A program made the translations under genes and the position numbers. A DNA stretch of 60,933 bases, filler included. It is 8 parts of 8 records of this genome, joined end to end, with 100 filler letters (N's around TTAATTAATTAA, not from the genome) between each part and the next. Parts side by side here need not be neighbours in the genome. Positions count along the whole stretch, not along the records: positions 41,673 to 47,270 come from SRR31156797_61568; positions 47,371 to 53,718 come from SRR31156797_61611; 6 more parts are not named here. One strand, written 5' to 3'. The notes under the pieces were generated by a model. That model was not told the DNA's origin. It saw only the letters and a program-made list of their open reading frames with translations, and did not search any database. Shown here piece by piece: positions 43,220-53,198 of this stretch; position 1 is the first letter of the stretch; the number at the start of each line of letters is the position of its first letter.

Positions 43220-43891
43220 TTAAAAGTGGTTTTTCAATTCACTCAAATTATCAATAAACAGATCTGCGCCCTCTTCTTTAAGCACCGGCAAATCATTATA
43301 TCCATACGTTACGGCGATGGTTATTAATTTTGCTATTTTTCCAAAGCGAAGATCAGGAATACTGTCACCTATCATCAGGCCATTTACATTATCCTTAAGC
43401 TTCAGTTTATTCTTAACAAAATCCCATACTTTGCTATCGGGTTTACATACATCCAGAGTATCACCCCCGACGATCAAGTCAAAATAATCTCTTATCCCAT
43501 AATGATCCAACATGATCTCGACCATTTGCTGAGGTTTATTTGAAACAATGATTTGAGGCGTTCCCTTAAAATACTCCAAGATATCAACCGAATCTTCATA
43601 TAGATAAGAATTGTCCATCAAGTGGCGAGTATAATGCTCACCCATTTCTTTTGTAACTTTAGCTAATATTTCCTCCGGAACCGGATCATTCCCATCTCCT
43701 GCTAATGCACAGTAAACAGAGCGTGCGACGAGCTTAGAGATGCCACTGCCGATAAAACTTCTCACTTTACCGGAAGGTATGGCGGGATATCCATTGCGTT
43801 CCAGAACAATGTTCATGCTGTTTACAATATCCGGCAAAGTGTTGCACAAAGTACCGTCAAAATCATAAGATATCAGGTCGAGCTTTTTCAT
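43220..43891 (-). CDS. HAD hydrolase (phosphoglycolate phosphatase-like)
   Basis: DFDGTL, SNK, KP, IGDS..D. Confidence 0.85.
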   Translation of the reverse strand: MKKLDLISYDFDGTLCNTLPDIVNSMNIVLERNGYPAIPSGKVRSFIGSGISKLVARSVYCALAGDGNDPVPEEILAKVTKEMGEHYTRHLMDNSYLYEDSVDILEYFKGTPQIIVSNKPQQMVEIMLDHYGIRDYFDLIVGGDTLDVCKPDSKVWDFVKNKLKLKDNVNGLMIGDSIPDLRFGKIAKLITIAVTYGYNDLPVLKEEGADLFIDNLSELKNHF

Positions 43892-46083
43892 ATTTTCTCT
43901 ACAAATTTTTCCGCGATCGTTTTGTGTGTCCCGTTATCAAATTCGATCTTTAGCAAGGTCTGTGAAGAGCGAATAATACTTCTGACCCGGCCTTTGCCAA
44001 ACATTTTATGAGCAACTCTGTCCCCAACAGAAACTGAACCCGGCTTGGGTGATCTGACGGGAACAATGATGGGATCTTCTTTTTTAGTGACGGGCTGTTT
44101 ACTTCTGGTAACAGAAGGTTTTCTGCTAAACGAAGAACTGCCGGTGTCAACAAAGCTCCGCTTTCTTTTTATCGTTTGGCGTTCCATATATTGATCGGGT
44201 ATTTCTGAAATAAAGAGCGAAGGAGTTGCCCCCATTGTTGTTCCGAAACGCATTCTCATTTGTGTTGACGTAATAGTGACATTTTCCATAGCTCTGGTCA
44301 AAGCAACATAAAATAGGCGGCGCTCTTCTTCCATTTCCTTTGGATTTACACGTGTTCTTTCCAAGGGGAATAAGCCTTCTTCCATTCCGGCAATGAACAC
44401 ATGCCTGAATTCAAGTCCTTTTGCCGAATGTATGGTCATCATTGTCACTGCATCTGCCGTATCTTCCCAGGAGTCAATGTCCGTTTGCAAGGAAACTTCC
44501 TGAAGAAAATCTTCAATGGTCGCACCTTCATTATAATTTTCGAACATTTTTACACCATTGATGAATTCGTTCTGGTTCTCAAAACGCTCTCTGAGTTCGG
44601 GATCTTTTTTATCCTGATATTCAAACAGTAATTCGCTTTGTTCCAAAACTTCCATCACAAATTCCGAGGGACTCATCTCTCCCATTTTGGATTGCAATTC
44701 TGTCATCATGTGCATGAATTTATTAATTCGCTGTGACATTGCAGCTGCTATACCTGCCTGCTCTGGATACTGCATGGCTTCCCACAGAGTACGCTTGGTA
44801 TCCATGGCAAAGGCTTCAAGTTTCTCCATGCTGGTATCACCAATTCCACGCCGGGGTGTTTTTATGGCACGCTTTAGATTCACTACATCACGCGGATTGA
44901 TCATAATATTTAGATATGCCAGGATATCTTTGATCTCTTTTCGTTCGTAGAATTTCACACCACCGACAAGAACATATCGAATACCGCGTATCCTTAATGC
45001 TTCTTCAAGGAGCCTTGATTGGGCATTGGTTCTGTATAATATGGCAAAACTTCTCAGCGGTTTTCCTGAAAATCTTATGGTATCTGCAATGTAGTCGGCT
45101 TCTTTGAAATCCCGCTCACATTCCTTGTGAATGATCTTGTCGCCGTTCCCTGCCGCCGTCCAAAGATCTTTGTCCGCCCTGTGCCCATTCCCTTTGATCA
45201 TAGATGAAGCAGCTTCGATAATATTTTTAGTGCTTCTGTAATTTTGTTCTAATTTAACAACTTGAGCTTTTGGGAACGTTTTTTCAAAATCTAAAATGTT
45301 ACTGATGTCCGCCCCACGCCAACCGTAGATTGACTGATCATCATCTCCTACAACGCAGATATTATGTGTCTTTTCAGAAAAAAGTTTAACTAATTGAAAT
45401 TGAACATGGTTTGTATCTTGATACTCGTCAACCAGAATATAATCCCATCGATGCCTGTATTTTTCAGCAATTTCGGGATGCGCCCTAAACATTAGGATCG
45501 GACGCATAAGCAAATCGTCAAAATCATATGCATTATTGGTGCGCATACGCTTTTCATATTCTTTATATGCTGAACATAACTTCTCATAATTATAATCACT
45601 GCCCGACTTTGCTTCTACTTCTTTTGGTAGTAGCAGCTGTTGTTTTTGCTTACTTATAAAATGTGAAACCATTGACACCGGCAATATTTTGGGGTCGATA
45701 TTCAATGCTTTTAAGCTTTCATTTATCAATGATTTTTGATCTTTGGTATCGTAGATAGTGAAATCGGGAGAATAAGCTTCTACTGTTTTTTCACTGCGCA
45801 AAATCCGTGCTCCGATACTATGAAAGGTGCCGATATTGACGGTATTCCCCGCTCCCAATAGGGTGGTAACCCGTTCTTGCATTTCTTTAGCGGCTTTATT
45901 GGTAAACGTTACGGCAAGGATCCGATGCGGTACGGTTTTTTTCTGTTCAAGAAGATAAGCGATCTTACGTGTAAGGACACGGGTCTTTCCCGAGCCGGCT
46001 CCTGCAAAGATCAAAAGCGGGCCGTCTGTTATCATCACGGCTTCGCGTTGTTTATCATTAAGTCCTGTAAGTATATCTGTCAT
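43888..46083 (-). CDS. pcrA: UvrD/PcrA SF1 DNA helicase
   Basis: AGAGSGKT, DEYQD, GDDDQSIYGWRGA, TIHSAKGLEF, EERRLFYVALTRA; C-terminal Tudor-like domain. Confidence 0.9.
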   Translation of the reverse strand: MTDILTGLNDKQREAVMITDGPLLIFAGAGSGKTRVLTRKIAYLLEQKKTVPHRILAVTFTNKAAKEMQERVTTLLGAGNTVNIGTFHSIGARILRSEKTVEAYSPDFTIYDTKDQKSLINESLKALNIDPKILPVSMVSHFISKQKQQLLLPKEVEAKSGSDYNYEKLCSAYKEYEKRMRTNNAYDFDDLLMRPILMFRAHPEIAEKYRHRWDYILVDEYQDTNHVQFQLVKLFSEKTHNICVVGDDDQSIYGWRGADISNILDFEKTFPKAQVVKLEQNYRSTKNIIEAASSMIKGNGHRADKDLWTAAGNGDKIIHKECERDFKEADYIADTIRFSGKPLRSFAILYRTNAQSRLLEEALRIRGIRYVLVGGVKFYERKEIKDILAYLNIMINPRDVVNLKRAIKTPRRGIGDTSMEKLEAFAMDTKRTLWEAMQYPEQAGIAAAMSQRINKFMHMMTELQSKMGEMSPSEFVMEVLEQSELLFEYQDKKDPELRERFENQNEFINGVKMFENYNEGATIEDFLQEVSLQTDIDSWEDTADAVTMMTIHSAKGLEFRHVFIAGMEEGLFPLERTRVNPKEMEEERRLFYVALTRAMENVTITSTQMRMRFGTTMGATPSLFISEIPDQYMERQTIKRKRSFVDTGSSSFSRKPSVTRSKQPVTKKEDPIIVPVRSPKPGSVSVGDRVAHKMFGKGRVRSIIRSSQTLLKIEFDNGTHKTIAEKFVEKI

Positions 46084-46120
46084 TATTTCCCCGGTTATCA
46101 GCGAAAAATAAGGTATAAAT

Positions 46121-46151
46121 AAAAAAAGGAGAACTAAATTCTCCTTTTATT
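46121..46151 (-). terminator. Rho-independent terminator after ahcY
   Basis: AAAAGGAGAA-loop-TTCTCCTTTT with a T7 tract on the minus strand. Confidence 0.7.
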
Positions 46152-46165
46152 GAAAATATGTGACG

Positions 46166-47270
46166 TCAGTAACGATATTGGTCCGATTTATAGGGGCCTT
46201 CTTTAGAAATACCCAAATAGTTTGACTGCTTATCCGTCATTTTTGTCAATTTTACACCCAGTTTTTCCAAATGCATGCGGGCGACTTCTTCATCCAAATG
46301 CTTTGGAAGCGTATAAACACCAATTTCATGCTTCTTTTGCCAAAGTTCCATCTGTGCCAATACCTGGTTCGAAAATGAATTGCTCATAACAAAGGAAGGG
46401 TGTCCCGTTGCATTTCCAAGATTAACCAAACGGCCTTCTGACAAAAGAATGATCGAGTGTTTGTCCGGGAAAACAATCTGGTCCACCTGAGGCTTTATAT
46501 TTACTTTTTCAACACCCGGCAGGGCATATAATTCATCAACCTGGATCTCGTTATCAAAATGTCCGATATTGCAAACGATCGCCTTATCTTTCATTTTTTT
46601 CATGTGCTCTGTCGTAACCACATCACAATTACCGGTTGCTGTCACAAAGATATCGCCCAAAGCGGCAACATCATCCATTAAACCGACTTCATATCCTTCC
46701 ATTGCGGCCTGCAAGGCACAGATAGGATCGATCTCTGTAACGATCACGCGTGCACCCAGTCCGTGCATCGATTGTGCGCAACCCTTGCCAACATCGCCGT
46801 ACCCACACACCACAACCGTTTTACCGGCTACCATAACGTCCGTACCTCTTTTAATCCCGTCTGCAAGAGATTCCCGGCAACCGTAGAGATTATCAAATTT
46901 AGATTTTGTCACGGAGTTATTTACATTGATCGCCGGAAACAGCAGCTCCCCGTTTTCCATCATCTGGTATAATCTTGCAACTCCGGTAGTCGTTTCCTCG
47001 CTAACCCCGCGAAGGTTTTTTGCTATATTCTGCCAACGTGTCGGGAATTCTTCTATATCCTCAATAACAAGTTGCTGAACTATTTTCATCTCTTTGTTAT
47101 CGGATAGGGTTTTGGGTAGAACACCTGTTTCAGCATATGCTTTTTCAAGCCTTACACCTTCGTGGATCATCAAGGTTGCATCACCGCCGTCGTCGACCAT
47201 GACATCGGGTCCATTTTCTCCATGAAGCAGCGCTTGCTTGGTACACCACCAGTATTCTTCAAGGGTTTCA
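46166..47270 (-). CDS. ahcY: Adenosylhomocysteinase, 5'-truncated
   Basis: [42 protein letters not shown]. Confidence 0.95.
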
Positions 47271-47370
47271 NNNNNNNNNNNNNNNNNNNNNNNNNNNNNN
47301 NNNNNNNNNNNNNNTTAATTAATTAANNNNNNNNNNNNNNNNNNNNNNNNNNNNNNNNNNNNNNNNNNNN
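47271..47370. other. Artificial contig spacer
   Basis: N-run + TTAATTAATTAA + N-run. Confidence 0.99.
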
Positions 47371-47711
47371 ATATGAAGGGTGGACATATGGGAATGGAAA
47401 AATTATTAGCACAAAAAAGTGAAATAACAGCAGTATTTTGCATTAGTGATCGAGTTGCTATGGGTGCAATCAGTGCTTGCACAAATTCAAATATAAGTGT
47501 ACCGGGAGATATATCTATTATTTCGGTAAATGATATTGAGCTTGCCGAATATGTATCACCAGCTCTGACTACTATTCATATTCCAACGAAAGAGATGGGG
47601 GAACATGCAGTTCGAACGATGTTGAGTCGTTTAAAGGGAGAACATGTTTTACCACTTCAAGTTAGATTACCTTTTTATCTTGTAGAGCGAAATAGTTGTA
47701 GTGCAAGATAA
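47371..47711 (+). CDS. LacI-family regulator, C-terminal fragment
   Basis: TAVFCISD.VAMGA, VPGDISIIS.ND, PALTT, LVERNS. Confidence 0.85.
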
Positions 47712-47788
47712 AAATATTTGAGATTTAGAGAAATTTATTAATAAAAAAATATAGATTTTAGTAAAATTATTTTATTAAAATATTAAGA

Positions 47789-47850
47789 GACTGATAAAAA
47801 AGTTTATTTTCAATGAATAAATTTTTTCATCAGTCATTTTTTTTATTTTT
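47789..47850 (+). terminator. Probable intrinsic terminator
   Basis: GACTGAT...ATCAGTC long imperfect stem followed by a T-rich run. Confidence 0.55.
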
Positions 47851-48018
47851 TATTAGGCAAACTTTTTTGTCTTGATTTTGTCCATATAAACAAAGGTTTT
47901 CCTGACTGTTTCAGTAAATTTTATTTTTTATAATTGATAATGAAGTTTGAAAATATTTAATCCTTATAAATAAATGCGCCAATGTCGAAAATCTTGTTTT
48001 GTTTTACGACAATAAGTA

Positions 48019-48047
48019 TTGACATATGAGCATTTATATTATATACT
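48019..48047 (+). promoter_or_regulatory. Consensus sigma70 promoter P1
   Basis: TTGACA-17 bp-TATACT. Confidence 0.7.
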
Positions 48048-48405
48048 CCAATTACAACGAATAGGTTTGTTATTACCGAATTTTTTGAAAGAGTTATTTA
48101 GAAAAGGGAATGAAAAATAGTTTATATTTTTTTACTTACATTCCTTACATGACCAATCAGTTTTAATACTCCTGATTAAAATTTAAACAAATTTTTTTCT
48201 ATGCGAATAATTTAACTAAAAATAAACTAAAATTTTTCACTAAATATATAGGAAGAACATATACCGAATGAAAAACCAGCAAAATCAACATGATAAAAGA
48301 TAATTTGAGAGAAAATCGCTGAATAAAACAAGCTAAAACCATGTGAAAAATAGATAAAAACACCATGCAAAACCCATAACAATACAAGGTTAACTAAAAA
48401 AATAA

Positions 48406-48457
48406 ACTAAAATTTTAGTAAAACCGCCTTGACAATTAACTAAAAATGAAATATACT
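48406..48457 (+). promoter_or_regulatory. Operator palindrome plus consensus sigma70 promoter P2
   Basis: ACTAAAATTTTAGT (48406-48419) just upstream of TTGACA (48429)-17 bp-TATACT (48452). Confidence 0.75.
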
Positions 48458-48585
48458 TACAACAGAGATAAAGAAAGTGACCAAAAACGTGCCAGAATAA
48501 GAAACAAAGTGTTTCTCAACATGACATTTAAGAGAAAAAGTGAATGAAATGAATGTGTTGGACTTGGTAAAGAGTTGCTTAAAAG

Positions 48586-48606
48586 TTTTACTAAAATTTT
48601 AGTGAA
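48586..48606. promoter_or_regulatory. Second operator palindrome upstream of the SD
   Basis: TTTTACTAAAATTTTAGTGAA, containing the same 14-bp perfect palindrome. Confidence 0.7.
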
Positions 48607-48630
48607 GCTAAAACTAAAAGGAGGCTTTAA

Positions 48631-49812
48631 ATGAAAAAATTATTAAGAATTGGTGTTATTATGGTATTAATGGCAAGTTTTGTTATGACAGCGCAGGCAG
48701 GTATTTTCTCGAAAATGTTTGGTAAGAAAAAAGCAAAAAAAGATTCATCAATGGAACAAGCGCAAGCAATTGGTGATAAATTATTTGCTGATATAGAACC
48801 ACTTAGTGAAAAGCTTGAATTAAGCGTAGGAGCAAACAACTCGGCTCAAGCAGGTTTTATGACTCATTTAGTTGAAAAATTAGGTGGATTTGAAAAAGCT
48901 AACCTTGATGTAGATTTACATATCTTCGATAACGGTCCTGTAAACGTAGAAGCGATGGCAGCCGGAGAAACGGATATAACTGGTTACGGACTTGGTGGAA
49001 CATTATCAGGAACAATCGGTCAAGACTTCGTAAACATTGCTGCAGCGAACTGGGATTTCTACTCATTAATGTTCTTTGCACCAAATGATTCAGATATCGT
49101 TAAAGCAGGAAAAAATGTTCCTGAACATGCAGGTCTTTATGGTACTGCTGAAGAGTGGAGAGGAAAAGAGATCTTCTTACCTTTAGGAACTAACATGCAC
49201 TATGTTTTATATGAAGGATTAAAAGCTTTAGGTGTAGATCCAAGTGAAATCAAAATGACTCATATGAACGTACCTAATGTTAATACTGCATTAAGAGCTG
49301 GAAAAGCTGATGTTGGTGGAGTATGGACAAACTTTAGTTTCGGTACACTTAATGACATCGCTACACCTGTATTAAGAGCTGGAGATTTTGATATTCCAAT
49401 GGCAGTTACAATTCAAACAAGAAAAGACGTATTAGCTAAACCTGAAAAAAGAGAAGCAATTAAAAAATGGATGGAATTATACTACATGGCTATTGACTGG
49501 GTTTATGAATCAGAAGAAAACACTAAATTAGCTGTTGACTGGTATGTTTCATTTAATAAAGGTAACGGAGTTTCGTCAACTGTTCAAGAAATCTCAGCAT
49601 TAGTTGAAAATGATAGATGGTTAACTTTAGATCAAAACTTAGAAATGATTAATACTATGAGTGATAAAGGTGACTTCAATAAATATATTGAATCAAATGT
49701 TGAACCTCTTAAATTCTTCGTTAAGTTAGGAAACTATACAGAAGCAGATTTAGAAAAATTCGTTCAACCTCAATACTATGACTTCAGCATAATTAGAAGT
49801 TTAAGAAAATAA
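48631..49812 (+). CDS. ABC substrate-binding protein, NitT/TauT (SsuA/NMT1-like)
   Basis: Signal peptide, FDNGPVNVEAMAAGETDI, GTNMHYVL, ALRAGKADVG; AGGAGG SD; operon context. Confidence 0.8.
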   Translation: MKKLLRIGVIMVLMASFVMTAQAGIFSKMFGKKKAKKDSSMEQAQAIGDKLFADIEPLSEKLELSVGANNSAQAGFMTHLVEKLGGFEKANLDVDLHIFDNGPVNVEAMAAGETDITGYGLGGTLSGTIGQDFVNIAAANWDFYSLMFFAPNDSDIVKAGKNVPEHAGLYGTAEEWRGKEIFLPLGTNMHYVLYEGLKALGVDPSEIKMTHMNVPNVNTALRAGKADVGGVWTNFSFGTLNDIATPVLRAGDFDIPMAVTIQTRKDVLAKPEKREAIKKWMELYYMAIDWVYESEENTKLAVDWYVSFNKGNGVSSTVQEISALVENDRWLTLDQNLEMINTMSDKGDFNKYIESNVEPLKFFVKLGNYTEADLEKFVQPQYYDFSIIRSLRK

Positions 49813-49819
49813 TTTAATA

Positions 49820-49951
49820 CCCCCTCCTAACCTCCCTTGTTGGTATTTCGAAAAAAACATCGAAATATCCTTCGGGTAATACCCCCTTGTAAGGGGAGGG
49901 ATAAAGAAAAAAGAAAAAGTCTCCCCTTATCAGGGGGAGATTTAGAGGGGG
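49820..49951. repeat. GC-rich REP/REPIN-like palindromic element with a nested insert
   Basis: CCCCCTCCTAACCTCCC...AAGGGGAGGG...TCTCCCCTTATCAGGGGGAGATTTAGAGGGGG in AT-rich DNA. Confidence 0.7.
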
Positions 49952-50003
49952 AAGGTTTTTAAAGAGTTTAAAATATATTTAGAATGAAAGTCAGGAGGGC
50001 AAA

Positions 50004-50798
50004 ATGTTAAAGAAAAACGCACAACAAGATAATTTCTTTGTCAATGTTGTATTGCCGGTGATAACGGTGTTAGGATTTTTATTAATATGGCAGATTTGTA
50101 TGGATCAAGGAATTTTCCCAGCGAAGAAAATGTCATCACCATTAACGATCTTTAGTACGTTTATATTCAAATTAAGTAATACTGCTCCGGATGGTGCAAC
50201 ATTACAAGCGAATACACTACAAAGTGCTAAAATTTCATTAGCTGGTTTATTTATGGGAGTTTTCATTGGAACACCTTTGGGATTAGTTATGGGTTGGTAC
50301 AAGTCTGTGGATAGAATAGTGAAACCAATATTTGAATTAGTTAGACCTATTCCACCAATCGCATGGGTACCATTAACAATTATCTGGGTAGGAGTAGGAG
50401 ATACTGCAAAGATCTTCATTATTTTCTTATCAGCATTTATACCATGTGTACTTAACTCTCACGCAGGGATAAGACAAACAGCACCAGTACTTATCAATAT
50501 GTCAAAAACATTTGGAGCATCAAATTTTGAAACTTTCTACAAAATTGGAGTACCATCTGCTATACCTATGATATTTGCTGGAATCAGAATTGCTTTAGGT
50601 TTAGCTTGGTCTACACTGGTAGCCGCAGAACTATTAGCTGCAAATGCAGGACTAGGTTATATGATTACAATGGGTAGGCAATTCCAAAGAGCGGATATTA
50701 TTATGCTTGGAATGATAGTTATAGGTTTACTTGGATTTATTGTTACAACTGCATTTTCACAAATCGAGAAAAAATTTATGAAATGGAGTACGGTGTAA
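50004..50798 (+). CDS. NitT/TauT ABC permease 1
   Basis: RPIPPIAWVPL, IFAGIRIALGLAWSTLVAAELL. Confidence 0.9.
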   Translation: MLKKNAQQDNFFVNVVLPVITVLGFLLIWQICMDQGIFPAKKMSSPLTIFSTFIFKLSNTAPDGATLQANTLQSAKISLAGLFMGVFIGTPLGLVMGWYKSVDRIVKPIFELVRPIPPIAWVPLTIIWVGVGDTAKIFIIFLSAFIPCVLNSHAGIRQTAPVLINMSKTFGASNFETFYKIGVPSAIPMIFAGIRIALGLAWSTLVAAELLAANAGLGYMITMGRQFQRADIIMLGMIVIGLLGFIVTTAFSQIEKKFMKWSTV

Positions 50799-51634
50799 TG
50801 GAAAAGACAATAAAGATAAAGAAGAAAAGGGCGAATTTTATGACAAATATAAAAAAAATGTTTTCTGATGCAGAAACTAGATTGAGATTTATCTTGGGAC
50901 TTTGCTCGATCATGGGATTATTAGTAATTTGGATAGCTTTATCTAAGCTTTATCCGGTATTATTACCATCACCATTAAAAGTAATCGAGAGATGGTATGT
51001 ATTATCATATGATCCAATTGGTGGTTATGGTGTAACTGGTCATGTATTTGCAAGTTTAAGAAGAGTATTCATAGCTCTGTTTGCATCTATAATCGTAGGA
51101 ATTCCATTAGGTGTCTCTATCGGTTGGAATAAGATAGCGAGTAAAACTTTAGGTGTTTTATTTGAGCTTATCAGACCTATTCCACCTTTAGCATGGTTAC
51201 CATTAATTATCATGTTATTAGGAATTGGTGAATTACCTAAAATCGTAATGGTATTTATAGGAACATTGATGCCTATTACAATTAATTCATATACAGGAAT
51301 TAAAAATTCACATCAAGAACTGTTTGAAGTAGCAGAATCATTTAACGCTACAGAGATGCAGGTATTAACAAAAGTAGCTATACCATCAGCACTTCCATCA
51401 ATTATGGCAGGGATAAGAAACTCTGTAGGAGTAGGTTGGATGGTAGTATTAGCAGCAGAGATGATAGGGGCAAAAGAGGGTGTTGGATTCTTAATCACAA
51501 GAGGAACTGAGTTCTTTGATGTACCACTTATTATGGTTGGGATGATATCTATAGGTATAGTAGGAGCCATACTATCATTTGCAGTTGAGAAGATTGAAAG
51601 GAGAATCTGTCCATGGGCGTACAGAGCGGAGTAA
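50798..51634 (+). CDS. NitT/TauT ABC permease 2
   Basis: RPIPPLAWLPL, PSALPSIMAGIR, VLAAEM; start may be 50783 or 50798. Confidence 0.9.
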   Translation: MEKTIKIKKKRANFMTNIKKMFSDAETRLRFILGLCSIMGLLVIWIALSKLYPVLLPSPLKVIERWYVLSYDPIGGYGVTGHVFASLRRVFIALFASIIVGIPLGVSIGWNKIASKTLGVLFELIRPIPPLAWLPLIIMLLGIGELPKIVMVFIGTLMPITINSYTGIKNSHQELFEVAESFNATEMQVLTKVAIPSALPSIMAGIRNSVGVGWMVVLAAEMIGAKEGVGFLITRGTEFFDVPLIMVGMISIGIVGAILSFAVEKIERRICPWAYRAE

Positions 51635-52383
51635 AGCTTGAAGTAAAAAATATATCAAAGAGTTTTGTTAAAGATAATCAAAAAATGAAGGTTATAAATG
51701 ATTTATCATTTCAGGTTAAAAATAATGAGTTTTTAGTAATATTAGGACCTGGTTATTGTGGAAAAACAGTTTTATTAAATATGGTTATGAGTCTTTTACC
51801 ACATGATGAAGGAGTTATCTATCTAGATGGCGACGTTATGACTAAGGAAAAAAGAGGACATAAATTCAGTATGGTATTCCAAAAGTTAGGATTAATGCCT
51901 TGGATGACTGTAATGGAAAATGTAGAATTTGGACCTAAGATTCGTGGTGAAAAAGGTAAAAAGTTAAGAGAAAGAGCAGATAAATACATTGATTTAGTTG
52001 GACTTAAAGGATTTGAAAATAGTTTCCCACATCAATTATCAGGTGGAATGAAACAAAGAGTAGGAATAGCGAGAGCTTATACTAACGAACCGGAAGTAAT
52101 GATTATGGATGAACCATTTGGTCAATTAGATGCACAAACTCGTATCCAGATGGAAGAAGAGATTATCAATGTATGGGAAAAAGATAAAAGAACAGTAATA
52201 TTCGTTACTAATAATATAGAAGAAGCGCTTTACTTAGGAGAAAGAATAATTTTACTTTCAGCGTTACCTGGGAAAATCAAAGAGATTTATGAGATTGATC
52301 TTCCTAGACCTAGAAATACGACAAGTGTTGAATTTTTGGAGTTAAGAAAACAGATTTCAGAGAAGACAGATTTAGCATTATAG
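51613..52383 (+). CDS. NitT/TauT ABC ATPase 1 (atypical Walker A, H-loop His->Asn)
   Basis: GPGYCGKTV, LSGGMKQR, MDEPFGQLD, FVTNNIEEA. Confidence 0.88.
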   Translation: MGVQSGVKLEVKNISKSFVKDNQKMKVINDLSFQVKNNEFLVILGPGYCGKTVLLNMVMSLLPHDEGVIYLDGDVMTKEKRGHKFSMVFQKLGLMPWMTVMENVEFGPKIRGEKGKKLRERADKYIDLVGLKGFENSFPHQLSGGMKQRVGIARAYTNEPEVMIMDEPFGQLDAQTRIQMEEEIINVWEKDKRTVIFVTNNIEEALYLGERIILLSALPGKIKEIYEIDLPRPRNTTSVEFLELRKQISEKTDLAL

Positions 52384-52396
52384 ATGGAGGGTACAA

Positions 52397-53161
52397 ATGG
52401 AAAATGCAAGTACAAATGCAAATGAAAATGCAAAGATTGAAGTAGTCGGATTAAGTAAATCATTTGGTGACCTGAAAGTTTTAAATGATTTAAATTTCTC
52501 GATAAAAAAAGGTGAGTTTATTGTAGTAGTAGGACCTACGGGATGTGGGAAAACAACTTTCTTAAACTTATTAACTAGAATATATCAACCTACAGAAGGA
52601 GATCTATTGATCGATGGTACACCGGCAGATCCTAATAAACATAACATTGCTGCTGTGTTTCAGGAACCTTCTGCTATCCCTTGGCTTACTGTAGAAGAAA
52701 ACATAGCGTTTGGTTTGAAAATTAAAAAATTACCAAGTGATGAGGTTAAAGCTAGAACTAATAATATTATTGAATTATTAGGTATGGAAAATTTTAGAAC
52801 TCAATATCCTAGACAATTATCTGTAAGTGTTGAGCAACGTATCGTTATCGGTAGAGCGTTTGCACTTCATCCGGATTTATTATTAATGGATGAACCTTAC
52901 GGACAGATGGATATCAAGATGAGATATTATCTAGAAGATGAAGTATTAAAAATGTGGAAAAAACTAGATAGTACAGTTGTTTTCATTACACATAACGTTG
53001 AGGAAGCTGTATATTTAGCTGAAAAGATAATAATTCTTTCTGCTAAGCCAACAACAATTAAAGAGGTAGTAGATGTAAACTTACCTAGACCTAGAGATTT
53101 TACATCACCTGAATTTGTTGAGCTTAGAGATTATGTAACTTCTCAGATTAAATGGTGGTAA
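52397..53161 (+). CDS. NitT/TauT ABC ATPase 2 (degenerate signature motif)
   Basis: GPTGCGKTT, LSVSVEQR, MDEPYGQMD, FITHNVEEA. Confidence 0.88.
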   Translation: MENASTNANENAKIEVVGLSKSFGDLKVLNDLNFSIKKGEFIVVVGPTGCGKTTFLNLLTRIYQPTEGDLLIDGTPADPNKHNIAAVFQEPSAIPWLTVEENIAFGLKIKKLPSDEVKARTNNIIELLGMENFRTQYPRQLSVSVEQRIVIGRAFALHPDLLLMDEPYGQMDIKMRYYLEDEVLKMWKKLDSTVVFITHNVEEAVYLAEKIIILSAKPTTIKEVVDVNLPRPRDFTSPEFVELRDYVTSQIKWW

Positions 53162-53198
53162 TAGAGCTTTATTAATCTGAATAATCAAAGGAGAGTAT

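Noticed and set aside
48199-48387. 62-aa hydrophobic minus-strand ORF, suggestive of a type I toxin opposite promoter P1
   Set aside because: TTG start without an SD; the hydrophobicity is explained by the T-rich strand; it overlaps operator repeats.
48211-48420. Two ~26-bp direct repeats as a CRISPR remnant
   Set aside because: Only two copies about 150 bp apart and no cas genes; better explained as operator clusters.
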